Shown here: one piece after another, positions 62,668 to 64,000 of the stretch
Numbering within the stretch: the first letter of the stretch is position 1
How the letters are laid out: every line of letters begins with the position of its first letter
Assembly (NCBI GenBank): GCA_965214705.1
Contig: CBDCCI010000002.1
Location: 1,568,001 to 1,632,000 of the forward strand
DNA length: 64,000 nt
Origin: Alphaproteobacteria bacterium
GTDB taxonomy: Bacteria; Pseudomonadota; Alphaproteobacteria; UBA828
Direction: 5' to 3'
The notes under the pieces: generated by a model
What the model was told of the DNA's origin: nothing
Seen by the model: the letters and a program-made list of their open reading frames with translations, nothing else
The model's database searches: none
Translations under genes and position numbers: made by a program

Positions 62668-63836
62668 GGATTCCTCTGCGAAAGGGGGTTTGCGGATTTC
62701 GTTGCATGTGATTCGTTGCAGCAACGATGTGGAGGTCGAGTCGATGAGCGGCACGGGTCAGCTGGGATTTGCGGAAGCGTTCATGTCTGCGGGGCTGGGT
62801 ACGAACCGGAAGCTGGAACGGCTGGATGGGCTGATCGACTGGTCCCGGCTCGAGCGCCTGGCTGCGCGGGTGCGCGAAGGACGGCGGGGGCGCCCGCCCT
62901 ATGCGCCGCTGTCGATGCTGAAGGCGCTCTATCTTCAGGCGCTTTACGACCTCTCGGACCCCGGTCTGGAGGAGGCGCTGCTGGACCGGCTCTCGTTTCG
63001 TCGCTTCTGCGGCTTTGCGCTGGACGGGGGCACGCCGGACGAGACCACGATCTGCCGCTTCCGCGCAGATGCGGGCGCTGTCCTGGAGGCGGCGTTCGAG
63101 GAGATCAACCGCCAGCTGGATGCCGCCGGTCTGATCCTGCGCAAGGGCACGCTGATGGACGCGACCTTGGTGGCCTCGGCCTCGCGGCCGCCGCCTTATG
63201 CGGCCGGTGCTGGCGCCAGGAGTGCGCGCGAGCCGGGCGCGGATTGGACGCGCAAGAAGGGCCGCGCGGTCTTCGGCTACAAGGCGCATCTCGGTGTGGA
63301 CCAGGGCTCGGGGCTGATCCGTCGCCTGGTTCTGAGTTCAGCCAAGACTTACGAGAGCGAGGTTGCGGATCGTCTGGTCTGCGGCGACGAGGGGGCGGTC
63401 TACGGCGACCGCGCCTACGAGGGCAAGCCGAGACGGGCCAGGCTCAAGGCCGCCGGTATCAAGGACCGCATCATGCACCGGCGCAACAAGCACATGGCCT
63501 CGCTGCCGCCCTGGCAGCAGCGCCGCAACGATCTCATTGCGAGGCGCCGGGCGCCGGTGGAAGCGGTCTTTTCGGCGCTGAAGCGCCTCTACGGGCTGAG
63601 GCGGGCGAAGAGCCTCACGCTTGAGAGGAACACCGCCCGCCTCTACGCCGCTGCCACCGCCTGCAACCTGCGCCGCGCCAGCCTGATTGCGGGCTGCTGA
63701 CCGACCAGTGCGCCCGCAAACCGCCGTTTCAGACACAAGATCGTCCAACGATGGCGACACACCCGCCTCCATCAACACCGCCCAGCACCAAAAGCCTTCC
63801 CCAACACCCTGTCGAGCCCCTTTCGCAGAGGAATCC
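62668..63836 (+). mobile_element. IS5-family insertion sequence
   Basis: Perfect 20-bp IRs GGATTCCTCTGCGAAAGGGG (62668-62687, 63817-63836); no clear TSD. Confidence 0.9.
62744..63700 (+). CDS. IS5-family transposase
   Basis: GRPPY, LSDPGLEE, PDETTICRFR, LMDAT, FGYKAH, YGDRAY, RAPVEAVF. Confidence 0.92.
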   Translation: MSGTGQLGFAEAFMSAGLGTNRKLERLDGLIDWSRLERLAARVREGRRGRPPYAPLSMLKALYLQALYDLSDPGLEEALLDRLSFRRFCGFALDGGTPDETTICRFRADAGAVLEAAFEEINRQLDAAGLILRKGTLMDATLVASASRPPPYAAGAGARSAREPGADWTRKKGRAVFGYKAHLGVDQGSGLIRRLVLSSAKTYESEVADRLVCGDEGAVYGDRAYEGKPRRARLKAAGIKDRIMHRRNKHMASLPPWQQRRNDLIARRRAPVEAVFSALKRLYGLRRAKSLTLERNTARLYAAATACNLRRASLIAGC

Positions 63837-63875
63837 GAAGGGCGGAGGGGGGACGTAGGCGGCGCCACCCGTTCT

Positions 63876-63914
63876 CCCTCTCCGCCCCTGGGGGCGGAGA
63901 GGGCCGGGGTGAGG
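63876..63914 (-). repeat. REP-like palindromic element; a second, IS5-split copy lies at 62640-62667 + 63837-63852
   Basis: Reverse complement CCTCACCCCGGCCCTCTCCGCCCCCAGGGGCGGAGAGGG vs CCTCACCCCAGCCCTCTCCTCCCCTCGG|GAAGGGCGGAGGGGGG. Confidence 0.7.
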
Positions 63915-64000
63915 TGGGGCATATGCGCATCCTCACTTGTTTGCGGCTCTTCGATGAAGCGTTCCGCGATTTGGGTCAGGCGCCGTCGGGACAGTTCGGA

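Overview
GC-rich chromosomal window, probably from an alphaproteobacterium. This is inferred from the class I lysS divergent from a DinG-type helicase, the secB-fxsA-Tim44-mltA-(lutABC)-smr block, tatABC and an LpcC/LpsB-like glycosyltransferase. The main structure is a five-layer nest at 40220-51012. A TonB-dependent receptor gene is split in its signal peptide by a tyrosine-recombinase + IS91-type HUH/Y2 element (40235-48531). That element's transposase is split by an antisense group II intron (41608-47235). The intron's ribozyme is split by a second, different group II intron (42004-45714), whose RT gene is split by an ISKra4/ISLre2-type IS (42867-44545). The layers can be peeled back at base level. 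Uninterrupted copies of the Int+IS91 element (3889-6557, inside a TadG/vWA gene) and of the IS (16442-18120) lie in the same window. The inner intron has a candidate EBS1 loop perfectly complementary to the outer-intron motif it inserted behind, so it may be an intron-targeting intron. Other content: a GMC oxidoreductase operon, a low-GC glycosyltransferase pair, two ABC importers, a catabolic cluster (class III aminotransferase, Adc-like protein, two luciferase-like monooxygenases, Gfo/Idh/MocA, a divergent adenine-deaminase-like enzyme), an N,N-dimethylformamidase-like locus with two paralogous small-subunit genes, and an IS5 inserted in a REP-like palindrome. No CRISPR array, rRNA or tRNA was recognised. 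All family calls come from motif recognition by eye, not database searches.
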